Of a DNA stretch of 64,000 bases, positions 9,397 to 19,029 are shown in pieces. Under the pieces are notes generated by a model. The model was not told where the DNA came from, did not search any database, and saw nothing but the letters and a program-made list of their open reading frames with translations. Source of the DNA: Treponema sp. (GTDB lineage: Bacteria; Spirochaetota; Spirochaetia; Treponematales; Breznakiellaceae); NCBI GenBank assembly GCA_009777735.1, contig WRLF01000015.1, forward strand, positions 1,135-65,134, written 5' to 3'. Made by a program: the position numbers and the translations under genes. Numbering within the stretch: the stretch's first letter is position 1; each line of letters starts with the position of its first letter.

Positions 9397-12183
9397 TTAT
9401 TCGTTATACAACCGTACTGATATGATTTGGTTTCTGAGCAAATTAATATACGCTGCATCTCTGGCAGCATTTATTTGCGGTGTTTCCCATTCAGTAATGA
9501 CATTGCGTTCGCCCGGCCCCTGCCTGGAGCGCATTGCTTCGGCGCCGCTAATTCTAAAGCCGGAAGGCAGCACCAATTTTATGTTACCCGGTCTAAAACC
9601 ATTACTGCCGGTTCCGGAAACGGATGTAGAAACATCTGTCGGGGCAAATATGATAAAGCTGATGTATTCAATGTCATTTACATTGCCGTTCCAGGCTGTT
9701 AGGTTCACGTAGAACGGATCGGGCATGGGCCGTCCGGTACCGTAATCCCTGTCCCGCAATCTAACAAAAGCTGTTGCTTTTACCGCCCGTGATGAGGCGC
9801 CTGCAGAACCGCCGTGGTTCGTACCCGTACCGGAGCCAATGTTCTGATAATTTTTGGGGTTTAAATTGCCGCTGTCGGTCCCCTGAAAATTGACAGCTGC
9901 TGTTGCAGTGCCGGTATCGCCGGTAAACAGGGTACCGGAAGCCGTTATGTTGACATGGTACGTTTCTTTGGCAAACTTTGCATAATGCGACATGGCCCAG
10001 CCCCTGGGAAGAATCTGACCGTTAGCCGTTCCGTACTCGCCGTCACCAATTAAACTGTAGAACCGTTTGCCGGCCCACCAGATATAGGCATTTTCGTGGT
10101 TGTTCCTTATGTGAATGTCAATGCTGTTCAGGAAAGGCCATATATTGGACCATGATGAATCGAGGTTATAGTTTGATACAGTGTTCAGGTTAAATTCGGT
10201 CTGCCATATCTCTCTGGGATCGGCGGAGTAAGTTACATTGGGAGAGGCATTGCCAAGCTGGCCTGCAAGGTTAACATTCCTGCTGCCGTACGGGTGGCGT
10301 GCGATAATGCCAATGTTCGCTTTTGCGGCAGCGTTGTTCATTGCGGAAGAATGGATATTCGGGTTATTGGCGGATGAACCGCTCATGGTTATCACATACG
10401 GCAATTCCCTGCCGCCGCCGTATCCCGGTATATTTGAGGGCCAGGTAACAGCGCTGGCAGGATCAGAACCGCTGCGTCCCGCACGGGTAAAATAACCAAC
10501 CCGCTGGAAGAAGTTCCGCATCATATCACCTGTCCAGTTACAGCCATCATAAGCTGCGTTGTGATTGGGCTCGTTCTGTATGGAAATGGTGTAGACAGGA
10601 GCGCCGTTATTGGCCATAGCCTGGCCATACACCCGTAAATAATTGGCATAATTCGGGTAAAATTGCTCCCGCAGGCTGGCGTTGGTGCCGATGGTGGAGT
10701 TATTCGTTTTCCACACAGCGGGCGGAGTCCAGGGGCTTGCCAGGACATACCCGCCGTAATAATTGACCCGCCGTACCAGATGAAAGTAGTTAAGCCCGGC
10801 TGCTGTGGCAGTAAAATCCGTGAGCATTTGGACAGGATCTTCATTATGAGGCAAAATCATAATGCGCTGGACATTGTACCCCAGGATATCGGGGTTAAGC
10901 ATATTTTCAATATCCGTTTGTGTGAGGTTGGGGAAATTTGCCCAAGCGGTATCCATTGAACCAAAACCGCGGACAAACTGGTTTTTGTTGCTGCTTGATC
11001 TGCCTGCATCGGTGTTGGCAGGCATGGCGGTAAGATTTGCAATGGAAAGAGTCAGGTTTACATTATAACCGTTATCGGTTGTTGCAGTCGCTACCACAAT
11101 ATCAGCAGCGTTACTGGTAATGGAAGCATATTGCTCCACCTGCGCATGCTCGGCGAAATTCGTAATAATAACACGATACCGGGTTGTCCCTGCAGCAGTG
11201 AGACTTAAGGCAGGAGTAAATGCTGCGGTGGTTGCCCCTGTTCCCGTTGTGACATCTTCAAAGACTTCAGGGGTTGCACCGCTTGCAGATGTTCGTACCT
11301 GCCATTGATAGCTGAGTTCCCCGCCGTCTTCCGCGACTGCATCTACGGTTATGGGTCTGATCGTATCACCGTTAAAATAAATTGCCCCTCTGGGTTGTGA
11401 ATTAATTACCGGTACTACCGCATCCGGGTTGGGGATAACCGATACACGGGCCGGGTTGGATAAAACAAAGGATTCCCTGTTTCCCATTTTGGAAAAATCA
11501 AAGTTTGTAACCCTGACAAAATAGTAATATTCTCCGGGAGCGGTGGGTACGGGCCGGAACACAGTAGCTGTAGCAAATGGGATCTCTTCCCCGTGTGTGT
11601 TCGTTAATTCACTGGCCACAAACCACTGGTAGGATAGTTCACCTTCTTCAACTTCAGCCTCTACAAATAATTCGGGAAGGTTCATATCCCGTGAAAATAC
11701 AATGCTGGGGACATTCTGGGGATGTGTAATAATACTTGGTAACAAGGCATTGGACGGATCGTTTACATTGACCATTACCGAGCGGCTTTGAGCAGTGGCT
11801 GTCCTCCTGCTGGTCGCGTTATTGTTGGTATTAGTAACAACGACATAGAAGTTATAGCTCCTTTCTACAAAAATAATACCTGTTTCGTAAACGGAGCTTG
11901 TCGCGTCCGGTATGGGTGTTCCAAGATGTAATTCATACTCAGCGGGACTTATATATCTGTACCACTGGTATGATAGTTCACCGCCATCGGCAGAATGGGC
12001 TTCAACCTCCAGTAAAGCGGAGTTGTTTACCAACATGGAAACATTTTGCGGCTGCACGTAAATAAACGGCGGAGCGGCATCTACAGACGTAGCAACCTCT
12101 AACGGACTCATATCACAGCCAACGGCCATGATAACTGCCAGCACAAGAATGCTCAGAATTTTCAAGTACATTGAATTTTTCAT
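9397..12183 (-). CDS. Surface lipoprotein: N-terminal Ig-like repeats plus GH30 (glucuronoxylanase-like) catalytic domain
   Basis: Lipobox MAVGC; three 'GELSYQW' Ig-like modules; GH30 motifs VRGFG, LASPWTPPAVWKTNN, ISIQNEP (acid/base), IWQTE (nucleophile), AYIWW. Confidence 0.8.
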   Translation of the reverse strand: MKNSMYLKILSILVLAVIMAVGCDMSPLEVATSVDAAPPFIYVQPQNVSMLVNNSALLEVEAHSADGGELSYQWYRYISPAEYELHLGTPIPDATSSVYETGIIFVERSYNFYVVVTNTNNNATSRRTATAQSRSVMVNVNDPSNALLPSIITHPQNVPSIVFSRDMNLPELFVEAEVEEGELSYQWFVASELTNTHGEEIPFATATVFRPVPTAPGEYYYFVRVTNFDFSKMGNRESFVLSNPARVSVIPNPDAVVPVINSQPRGAIYFNGDTIRPITVDAVAEDGGELSYQWQVRTSASGATPEVFEDVTTGTGATTAAFTPALSLTAAGTTRYRVIITNFAEHAQVEQYASITSNAADIVVATATTDNGYNVNLTLSIANLTAMPANTDAGRSSSNKNQFVRGFGSMDTAWANFPNLTQTDIENMLNPDILGYNVQRIMILPHNEDPVQMLTDFTATAAGLNYFHLVRRVNYYGGYVLASPWTPPAVWKTNNSTIGTNASLREQFYPNYANYLRVYGQAMANNGAPVYTISIQNEPNHNAAYDGCNWTGDMMRNFFQRVGYFTRAGRSGSDPASAVTWPSNIPGYGGGRELPYVITMSGSSANNPNIHSSAMNNAAAKANIGIIARHPYGSRNVNLAGQLGNASPNVTYSADPREIWQTEFNLNTVSNYNLDSSWSNIWPFLNSIDIHIRNNHENAYIWWAGKRFYSLIGDGEYGTANGQILPRGWAMSHYAKFAKETYHVNITASGTLFTGDTGTATAAVNFQGTDSGNLNPKNYQNIGSGTGTNHGGSAGASSRAVKATAFVRLRDRDYGTGRPMPDPFYVNLTAWNGNVNDIEYISFIIFAPTDVSTSVSGTGSNGFRPGNIKLVLPSGFRISGAEAMRSRQGPGERNVITEWETPQINAARDAAYINLLRNQIISVRLYNE

Positions 12184-12356
12184 TTTCTCCTCCAAAATAA
12201 CTAAATAATCCGGTAAATTGCTCTTTTGCAGAACAATATCGTAATCAAGTTTACCATTGATTTATTTACATAACCATGTAATAATTACAGATATATGGTA
12301 TGGATTTAATGTGAATTTATACAAGATAATTTCGAATGGACAGGAGGGCAAAAGCA

Positions 12357-13148
12357 ATGGCGTATGAAAATATTATTCCCGAAATCCGGCTGGTTAATTA
12401 CCGAAAATGCACCCCTGAATGGAAACTGGTAGAAAATACCCTGGAAGGAACCAACCTGACCTATCTTGTCCAGGGAGAAGCCCTGTATACCGCAGATAAT
12501 CAAACGGTTAAGGTAAAAGAGGGCGATTTATTGGTACTTCCCAAGGGCTGTGTCCGCAAGGCAATTACGTTTCCCGACCGGCTTATGCACTGTTTTTCGG
12601 TGGATTTCATTCTAAAAAACACCAAAAACCAGGAAATTTCCCTGCCTTTCCCTGAATATTGCCGTGCCGGCCGCCACGAAGACATTATCCGCCTGTTCCA
12701 CGAATTGGCTTTTGCCTGGGTGGACAAGCTGCCGGGGTATATTTTAAAGTGCAATGGCTTGCTCCTGCAGATCCTCTATCGTTTTTTGGAATTGATTGTA
12801 TTTAAAACAGATATTTACGCCGGGGATTACCGTGTTACCAAGGTCATTCACTACATAGCGGCGCATTATTCCGAATCCATTACAGTAAAAGGCATGGCGG
12901 AAATGGTGGATCTGCATCCTACTTATTTTGGCAGTCTGTTCCGCAAAACGATGGGAATAGGCTTCAACCAATATTTAATACATACCCGAATAAAAAATGC
13001 AGAAAACATGCTCCGCACAGGTGAGTATAAAGTGGGCAACATTGCCGAAGCTTGCGGCTTTACCGACACGGCGCATTTATACAAACAGTTCAAGCTGCAC
13101 AAAGGTTTCTCTCCTTCGCATTGCCTTCCAAAGAAATCCGGCGAGTAA
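12357..13148 (+). CDS. AraC-family transcriptional regulator
   Basis: Cupin N-terminus and C-terminal AraC HTH (IAEACGFTD...FK...G.SP); divergent from the GH30 operon; SD GGAGG before ATG 12357. Confidence 0.9.
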   Translation: MAYENIIPEIRLVNYRKCTPEWKLVENTLEGTNLTYLVQGEALYTADNQTVKVKEGDLLVLPKGCVRKAITFPDRLMHCFSVDFILKNTKNQEISLPFPEYCRAGRHEDIIRLFHELAFAWVDKLPGYILKCNGLLLQILYRFLELIVFKTDIYAGDYRVTKVIHYIAAHYSESITVKGMAEMVDLHPTYFGSLFRKTMGIGFNQYLIHTRIKNAENMLRTGEYKVGNIAEACGFTDTAHLYKQFKLHKGFSPSHCLPKKSGE

Positions 13149-13196
13149 TGCCCCGCAAACACTGATATGTTGGCCTGGTTACAAACATCGTAAAAC

Positions 13197-13407
13197 AGCA
13201 ATGTGTGTCCCTGAAATACACTTATACGGGGCCCGTCAGCGACCTGTGTGTGTGTCCCATAATTTACACTTATGCGGGGCCCGTCGGCGGCCAATCGCAC
13301 CGCTTCGCGGCACGCTTGCCGCCGACACCCGCCTAATCATGTTTTAAGGGACACACATGTTTATCGCCGACACCCGCCTTATCATGTTTTGAGGGACACA
13401 CATTGCT
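13197..13407. repeat. MITE/REP-like palindromic element with 16-bp terminal inverted repeats and duplicated internal arms
   Basis: AGCAATGTGTGTCCCT (13197-13212) / AGGGACACACATTGCT (13392-13407); arm A twice (about 13201, 13248), arm B twice (about 13320, 13365). Confidence 0.75.
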
Positions 13408-13420
13408 TGCTGCCTAACCG

Positions 13421-13666
13421 ATGCAAGTAATCCCCTTGCCAAGTCCTCGTTGGTATGTGATACTGGAATTGGAAAAAACAAAGGATTTGCAAAATATATA
13501 CAAAGCACTGGAAAGGCAAAATGAAATCATACAACAAATGCTTGACATAATGCCTAAACCGGCAAGCAAATTCCAAAAAATAATGGAAACGGTCGCTCTT
13601 TTTGTTGGTATATTTGGGATTATAAGTGTTATTGAAATTATTAGAATGTGGGCCTTAGGAGGTTAG
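13421..13666 (+). CDS. Small hypothetical protein (coiled coil plus C-terminal TM helix); true start uncertain
   Basis: ORF track; C-terminal hydrophobic VALFVGIFGIISVIEII; ends in AGGAGG that serves as SD for the next ORF. Confidence 0.5.
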   Translation: MQVIPLPSPRWYVILELEKTKDLQNIYKALERQNEIIQQMLDIMPKPASKFQKIMETVALFVGIFGIISVIEIIRMWALGG

Positions 13667-13667
13667 T

Positions 13668-13775
13668 ATGGTTTTGCAACTTGTACTGTCGATAATTATT
13701 ACGGTTCTTGGTTTTACGATGTTTTTCATGCTTCGGCACATGAGGAAAAACGGGTTTCAGCCGGAACAAAAATAA
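13668..13775 (+). CDS. 35-aa single-TM peptide MVLQLVLSIIITVLGFTMFFMLRHMRKNGFQPEQK (below ORF-track cutoff)
   Basis: AGGAGG SD 5 nt before ATG; hydrophobic N-half and basic tail; translationally coupled. Confidence 0.5.
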   Translation: MVLQLVLSIIITVLGFTMFFMLRHMRKNGFQPEQK

Positions 13776-13781
13776 AAGTAA

Positions 13782-14951
13782 CTAGTAATTACTGCCAAGG
13801 GTTATGGCCCCTTTCAGTTCTTTCGCCGAAGCTGTTTTTTTGTAGAAACGGGGCACTTGTTCCAATAAACCGCTGACTGTATAAAAGGGGTCGCTGCTTT
13901 TTATGGGCAGTTCTACAGCCCGCTGCTCCGTGCCTGCCTTGTAAATACCGGTAATGAGTTCAATGGTACGCTTGCCGTCTTCGCCGCCGATAAGCGGCTG
14001 AGAACCGGTTTCAATGGCAGTAAGCACATTGTCAATTTGCCCCGTATGCAGGCTGTATTTAAGCTCCGGCTGGGATTCATACAAATCATGCAGTTGCCTG
14101 ATAAGGGCTTCGTTCTGCTCGGGACCGGGGAACCCGTTGGGCTGCGGCAGATGCGCCGTAATTTTCCAGGGCGCACTGATGCGGGCATGTTCCCCCTGAA
14201 AAATAAGCTGCTGCTCTTCGCCGTGGTGGATGACGGAACTGGTCACCTGCGCCAGCGCCCCTTTTGCACACAGGCCGCCTTCGTATTGCAGCACTGCGAC
14301 AGAAATATCCTCAACTTCTGCATTGTCATGGGCGGCGTTGCTTATCACCGCATTGACATTTTTGGGCAGACCAAGCATCCACAAGAGCATGTCGATATGG
14401 TGTACCGCGTGGTTCAGGGTGCAGCCGCCCCCTTCTTTTTCCCACGTTCCCCGCCACCACAAGTCGTAATAGGAATGTCCCCGCCACCAGAAAGAATCAA
14501 CCTGCGCATGGACAATTTTGCCAATAAGCCCGGAATCAAGCACTTTCTTCAGATTGGCGATGGGATCGCGGAAGCGGTTTTGCGCGATGACAGATAATAT
14601 TTTACCGCTTTTTTTTGCAGCGGCAATCATCGCGTCACATTCTTCCGGCGATGCCGCCATTGGTTTTTCCACAATAACATGCTTTCCCGCATTCAGGAAA
14701 TCAATGGCAATCTCTGCATGACAGAAAGGCGGGGTGCAAATACTCACCAGGTCTATGCCGGGATCGTCCGCAATTTCTTTGTGAGACGCGCTTATCGCGG
14801 CATCCAGGCTGAATTCGCTGTTTTTTTGCTCTGCTTTTTCCGGAAAAATGTCCGCCAGGCGGGTTATTGTGCAGCGCTGCGGAAATTCAAGATACCCCAG
14901 AATATGCTGCGATGAAATATTACCCGTACCGATTATTGCCGTTGAAACCAT
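13782..14951 (-). CDS. Gfo/Idh/MocA family oxidoreductase
   Basis: IIGTGNIS Rossmann motif, GKHVIVEKPMA, GGGCTLNHAVHHID. Confidence 0.9.
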   Translation of the reverse strand: MVSTAIIGTGNISSQHILGYLEFPQRCTITRLADIFPEKAEQKNSEFSLDAAISASHKEIADDPGIDLVSICTPPFCHAEIAIDFLNAGKHVIVEKPMAASPEECDAMIAAAKKSGKILSVIAQNRFRDPIANLKKVLDSGLIGKIVHAQVDSFWWRGHSYYDLWWRGTWEKEGGGCTLNHAVHHIDMLLWMLGLPKNVNAVISNAAHDNAEVEDISVAVLQYEGGLCAKGALAQVTSSVIHHGEEQQLIFQGEHARISAPWKITAHLPQPNGFPGPEQNEALIRQLHDLYESQPELKYSLHTGQIDNVLTAIETGSQPLIGGEDGKRTIELITGIYKAGTEQRAVELPIKSSDPFYTVSGLLEQVPRFYKKTASAKELKGAITLGSNY

Positions 14952-14960
14952 GTTTACTAC

Positions 14961-15839
14961 TTATCCTTTTACCGCGCCAATGGTAACGCCGGTGATGAAA
15001 TAACGCTGCAGCCAGGGGTACACCATCAGAATGGGAAGGGTGGCAAACATAACGGCTGCGGCCTTCATCCCGTCGCTTGCCGCAGGGACACCCCCGGCAA
15101 TACCTTCCTGGGCTGCTATTTCTATTGAAGAAAGGTTGTTAATGATATTATACAGTTTAAGCTGAATCGGGTGGAAGTTCGGCGCAGAAGTCATATACAT
15201 AAGCGCGTCCGTAAACCCGTTCCAGCGTCCTACTGCGTAAAAAAGAGCCAGCGTAGCCAGCACCGGCAGGGACAGGGGCAGGTAAATCTTCACCAGGACA
15301 GTGAAGGGATTTGCCCCGTCGAGCTCCGCCGATTCACGCAGACTGTCCGGCACGCTAAAGAAAAAGCTTCGTAGAATGATCATGTTAAATACGGAAAGGC
15401 TGCCCGGCAGGATTAATACCAGAGGGTTGTCCAGAAGCCCCAAATTTCTCATAAGGATAAAGTTGGGGATAATCCCCGCATTAAAATACATGGTAAAAAT
15501 AATTATCATATTGATGATTTTTTTACCTTTGAGCTGGTCGTAAATTAAAGGGAAGGCGCAGAGCGTCGTCATCGTCAGGGATACAATCGTAACAATGCCG
15601 GTCAGGATGGCCGTCCAGATCATAGACCGGGTAAAAGACGGATCCATAAACACAAAGCGGTACGAGTCCAGCGTTGGATTTACCGGCAGGAAGGAAACCT
15701 GCCTGTTTACAATTGCCATGGGGTCGCTTAAAGATCGCGCCAGTATATTGAGCATGGGAAAGAGGCAAATTGCCATTACCAGCAGGCAGATAAAAGCGAC
15801 GAAAAGGTCTTCGATTTTTTTTCTTGTTGATTTTACCAT
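14961..15839 (-). CDS. Carbohydrate ABC transporter permease (LplC-like)
   Basis: EAA loop SLRESAELDGAN; YPWLQRYF..GV..GAVKG C-terminus; start ATG 15839 with GGAGG. Confidence 0.9.
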   Translation of the reverse strand: MVKSTRKKIEDLFVAFICLLVMAICLFPMLNILARSLSDPMAIVNRQVSFLPVNPTLDSYRFVFMDPSFTRSMIWTAILTGIVTIVSLTMTTLCAFPLIYDQLKGKKIINMIIIFTMYFNAGIIPNFILMRNLGLLDNPLVLILPGSLSVFNMIILRSFFFSVPDSLRESAELDGANPFTVLVKIYLPLSLPVLATLALFYAVGRWNGFTDALMYMTSAPNFHPIQLKLYNIINNLSSIEIAAQEGIAGGVPAASDGMKAAAVMFATLPILMVYPWLQRYFITGVTIGAVKG

Positions 15840-15849
15840 GTATTGCCTC

Positions 15850-16791
15850 CTACCAAATGCCCCGTTCACCGGTTTTTTTCGCCAGCGTGTTGGCAGCAAC
15901 GAGGAAAATAACGCAGACAAGCGACTGGAACAGCCCGATAGCCGTTGTCAGCGCAAACTGCCCGCCCCTGATGCCGACACGGTACACATAGGTACTGATA
16001 ACATCTGCTACCTGCATTACCATGGGGTTGCCCATGGTGAAAGGGCGATCAAATTCGCTGCCCAGGATTACGCCCATCCGCATAATAAATAACACCACAA
16101 TGGTGGGGCGGATGCCCGGCAGGGTGACATTCCAGATTTTCCGGAAACGGCCTGCCCCGTCAACCTCGGCCGCTTCGTACAACTCCGGGTTAATTCCGGT
16201 AATCGACGCCAGATAGATGATTGTGCCCCAGCCCATATCCCGCCATACACCCAGGCCGATATAGGTCGTTACCCACAGAGGCCGTTCCATGAGGAAGTTT
16301 ATTGGCCCGATGCCGAACTTTCCCAGCATGATATTGACAACACCTCCCGAAGGGGCAAAAAGCTGGATTGCCATGCCGGAAATAATAATCCACGAAAGAA
16401 AATGAGGCAGGTAGACAACGGTTTGAGTTACTCTTTTATAGGTTTTGAATGAAAGTTCGTTGAGGATGATGGCAAGGATGATGGGAGCAGGAAACCCGAA
16501 AATAAGGTCAAGAAAATTGAGCATCAGGGTATTTCTGAGGGCCAAATGGAAACCCTGTGACTGAAAGGCCTGCTCAAACCACTGGAACCCTGCCCAAGGC
16601 GAGTCCCATACCCCCCGGAAAATATTGTAGTCCTTGAAAGCGATGACGATGTTCGTCATGGGGACATACCGGAACACCGCAAAAAAAGCCATCGGCACAA
16701 CCAGCATGAGGTAGAGCATCCACGTACGCTGCCAGTAATGGCTCCGCTTGCGAATGAGACGCGGAGTTATACTCCCTTTATTTCCCGTCAT
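15850..16791 (-). CDS. Carbohydrate ABC transporter permease (LplB-like)
   Basis: QTVVYLPHFLSWII, ELYEAAEVDGAGR EAA motif, TAIGLFQS. Confidence 0.9.
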   Translation of the reverse strand: MTGNKGSITPRLIRKRSHYWQRTWMLYLMLVVPMAFFAVFRYVPMTNIVIAFKDYNIFRGVWDSPWAGFQWFEQAFQSQGFHLALRNTLMLNFLDLIFGFPAPIILAIILNELSFKTYKRVTQTVVYLPHFLSWIIISGMAIQLFAPSGGVVNIMLGKFGIGPINFLMERPLWVTTYIGLGVWRDMGWGTIIYLASITGINPELYEAAEVDGAGRFRKIWNVTLPGIRPTIVVLFIMRMGVILGSEFDRPFTMGNPMVMQVADVISTYVYRVGIRGGQFALTTAIGLFQSLVCVIFLVAANTLAKKTGERGIW

Positions 16792-16806
16792 AAACGCTCC
16801 TTTTTT

Positions 16807-18897
16807 CTAGCCGCCCACTTGAATAACGGCCCGTATTGGCTCCGCAGCGCCTTTTTCCGTTGCAACCGGCACCGGGGCTGCATCGGCGGCAATCACCGAG
16901 TACGTTCCCGGAACCAATATGGATTCGCCTGCATCGTTCACCATTTCAAAGGCGGAGGCGGGAAGCAAGAACTCAACCGTAACGCTCTTGCCGGCGGGGA
17001 CATACACGCGGCGGAAGCCCCTCAGTGAAGACAGGGGATCATCAGCGCTGCGGTTGTCTTTTGAGATATAGAGTTGAACTACCTCGTCGGCATCCCTTGC
17101 GCCGGTGTTGGAAACGGTGACTGACACCTTTACGGACTCACCTGCCTTGATTGACGGCGCTGAAAGAGAAATCGAATCGAAGCGGAAACTCGTGTAGGAA
17201 AGGCCGAAGCCGAACGGATACAGGGGTTTTTCTGTCATGTACCGGTACGTGCGGCCCTTCATGGCATAATCATCGTAGGGGGGAAGCTGATCCGTAGACG
17301 CAGGGAACGTAATGGGCAGCTTACCCGATGGTACAACATCGCCGAAGATTATATCCGCCACAGCCTTGCCACCCTGTTCGCCGGGATACCAGGCAAATAA
17401 AATTGCATCGGCAATATCTTCGGGGACGGCGATGGGACTGCCGCCGGTTAAAACCAGTATCAGTTTTTTACATGTCGCCCGAACCTTCTGCAAAAACTTT
17501 AACTGCCAGGGGGGAAGCTCAATGTAACTGCGGTCGCCGTTGGAGTCAGAGGCGATGGCATCGCCTTCTTCGCCCTCAATGGCCCCGTCCAGCCCCATGA
17601 CGGCAATGATCATGTCCGCAGGGTTAGCCTGGCCGAATTCGGCATTAGACAAGTGGTTGTCGCTGTACATGAGGCAGCCCTGCCGGTACTCTATGTTGAT
17701 TCCAAATTTATCTTTTACCTTGTCTCCGAGTCCTTCAAGAATGGTAATAAAACGGGAGCTTACCCCGTAGTAATTGCCAAACAGCGTATGGGCGTTTGCT
17801 GCCGCCGGCCCCAGCACCGTGATCTTTTTCGCGCTTGAATCCAGGGGCAAAATACCGCCGTCATTTTTCAGCAGCACAATGGATTTTTCAGCCGCTTTTA
17901 AAGCAAGCTGCTGATGTTTCTCGCAGTTTATTACTTCACGGCCAAGTGTGCCGTATTTACCTGTTCCGGGCGGATCAAACATTCCCAGCTTAAATCGGGT
18001 CCGCAAGAGACGGGCAAGGGCAGTGTCTATCGCTGCTTCGGTGACCAGGCCTTTTTTGAACGAGGCAGTCAAGTGCGGATACGTACAGCCGCAGTTAAGG
18101 TCGCACCCGGCATTCAGGGCGAGAGCGGCGGATTCTTCGGGGGATTTTGTTACTTTGTGATTTTCGTGAAAATCCTTAATTGCCCAGCAATCAGAAACAA
18201 CGTGGCCCTTAAACCCCCAACGGTCACGGAGGATGTCTTTTAACAGGAAGAAACTGCCGCAGCATGGTTCGCCAAGGGTACGGTTGTACGCGCCCATAAC
18301 CGATTCCACACCCGCTTCCACCAGCGCCTTGAAGGCGGGGAGATACGTTTCAAACAGGTCTTTTTTGCTTGTTACGGCGTCAAATGTATGCCTGAATTTC
18401 TCCGGTCCGGAATGAACGGCATAGTGCTTGGCGCAGGCAGCCACTTTGAGGTTATTGGGGTCATCGCCCTGTAAACCATGTACAAAAGCAGCGCCGATGC
18501 GGCTGGTAAGAAAAGGATCCTCGCCGTAGGTTTCCTGCCCCCGCCCCCAGCGCGGATCGCGGAATATATTGATGTTCGGCGTCCAGAACGTCAACCCCCA
18601 ATACTGGCCGCGGTTCCCCTGCTTGATCCCCTCGTGATGTTTCGCCCGTGCCTCATCGGAAATCGCATCGGCCAATTCCCTGACCAACGCTTCGTCAAAT
18701 GTTGCTGCCATGGCAATCGCCTGGGGAAACACAGTCGCTATCCCCGCGCGGGCAACACCGTGCAGGCACTCATTCCACCAGTTGTACTCGGGAATACCCA
18801 AATGTTCAACAGCAGGGCTTGTGTACAGTAATTGTGATACTTTTTCCTCAATGGTCATTTTTGAGATAAGATGTTTAATTTTTACTTCATAATCCAT
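16807..18897 (-). CDS. GH3 glycoside hydrolase, probable beta-xylosidase
   Basis: WWNECLHG, PNINIFRDPRWGRGQETYGEDP, KHY, VVSDCWA nucleophile, EGEEGD, C-terminal Fn3-like domain. Confidence 0.9.
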   Translation of the reverse strand: MDYEVKIKHLISKMTIEEKVSQLLYTSPAVEHLGIPEYNWWNECLHGVARAGIATVFPQAIAMAATFDEALVRELADAISDEARAKHHEGIKQGNRGQYWGLTFWTPNINIFRDPRWGRGQETYGEDPFLTSRIGAAFVHGLQGDDPNNLKVAACAKHYAVHSGPEKFRHTFDAVTSKKDLFETYLPAFKALVEAGVESVMGAYNRTLGEPCCGSFFLLKDILRDRWGFKGHVVSDCWAIKDFHENHKVTKSPEESAALALNAGCDLNCGCTYPHLTASFKKGLVTEAAIDTALARLLRTRFKLGMFDPPGTGKYGTLGREVINCEKHQQLALKAAEKSIVLLKNDGGILPLDSSAKKITVLGPAAANAHTLFGNYYGVSSRFITILEGLGDKVKDKFGINIEYRQGCLMYSDNHLSNAEFGQANPADMIIAVMGLDGAIEGEEGDAIASDSNGDRSYIELPPWQLKFLQKVRATCKKLILVLTGGSPIAVPEDIADAILFAWYPGEQGGKAVADIIFGDVVPSGKLPITFPASTDQLPPYDDYAMKGRTYRYMTEKPLYPFGFGLSYTSFRFDSISLSAPSIKAGESVKVSVTVSNTGARDADEVVQLYISKDNRSADDPLSSLRGFRRVYVPAGKSVTVEFLLPASAFEMVNDAGESILVPGTYSVIAADAAPVPVATEKGAAEPIRAVIQVGG

Positions 18898-18902
18898 AAG
18901 GA

Positions 18903-18931
18903 AATATACATTGCTTTTCCCGGTTTGGCAA
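18903..18931 (-). promoter_or_regulatory. Sigma70 promoter of the GH3-ABC operon (leaderless configuration)
   Basis: TTGCCA-17nt-TATATT, with the ATG 5 nt after the -10 and no SD. Confidence 0.55.
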
Positions 18932-19029
18932 TGCCAATTTAAAAAACATTAGAGTTGGCGCTGCTACTTGACAAAATTGCATATTAAAACGATTATAAAA
19001 TCGATTGTATACATCAAGGAGACTATATT

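Noticed and set aside
18963-18976. GCTACTTGACAAAA shared with 53373-53386
   Set aside because: Largely explained by the -35 consensus plus an A-tract; no ANTAR hairpin follows.
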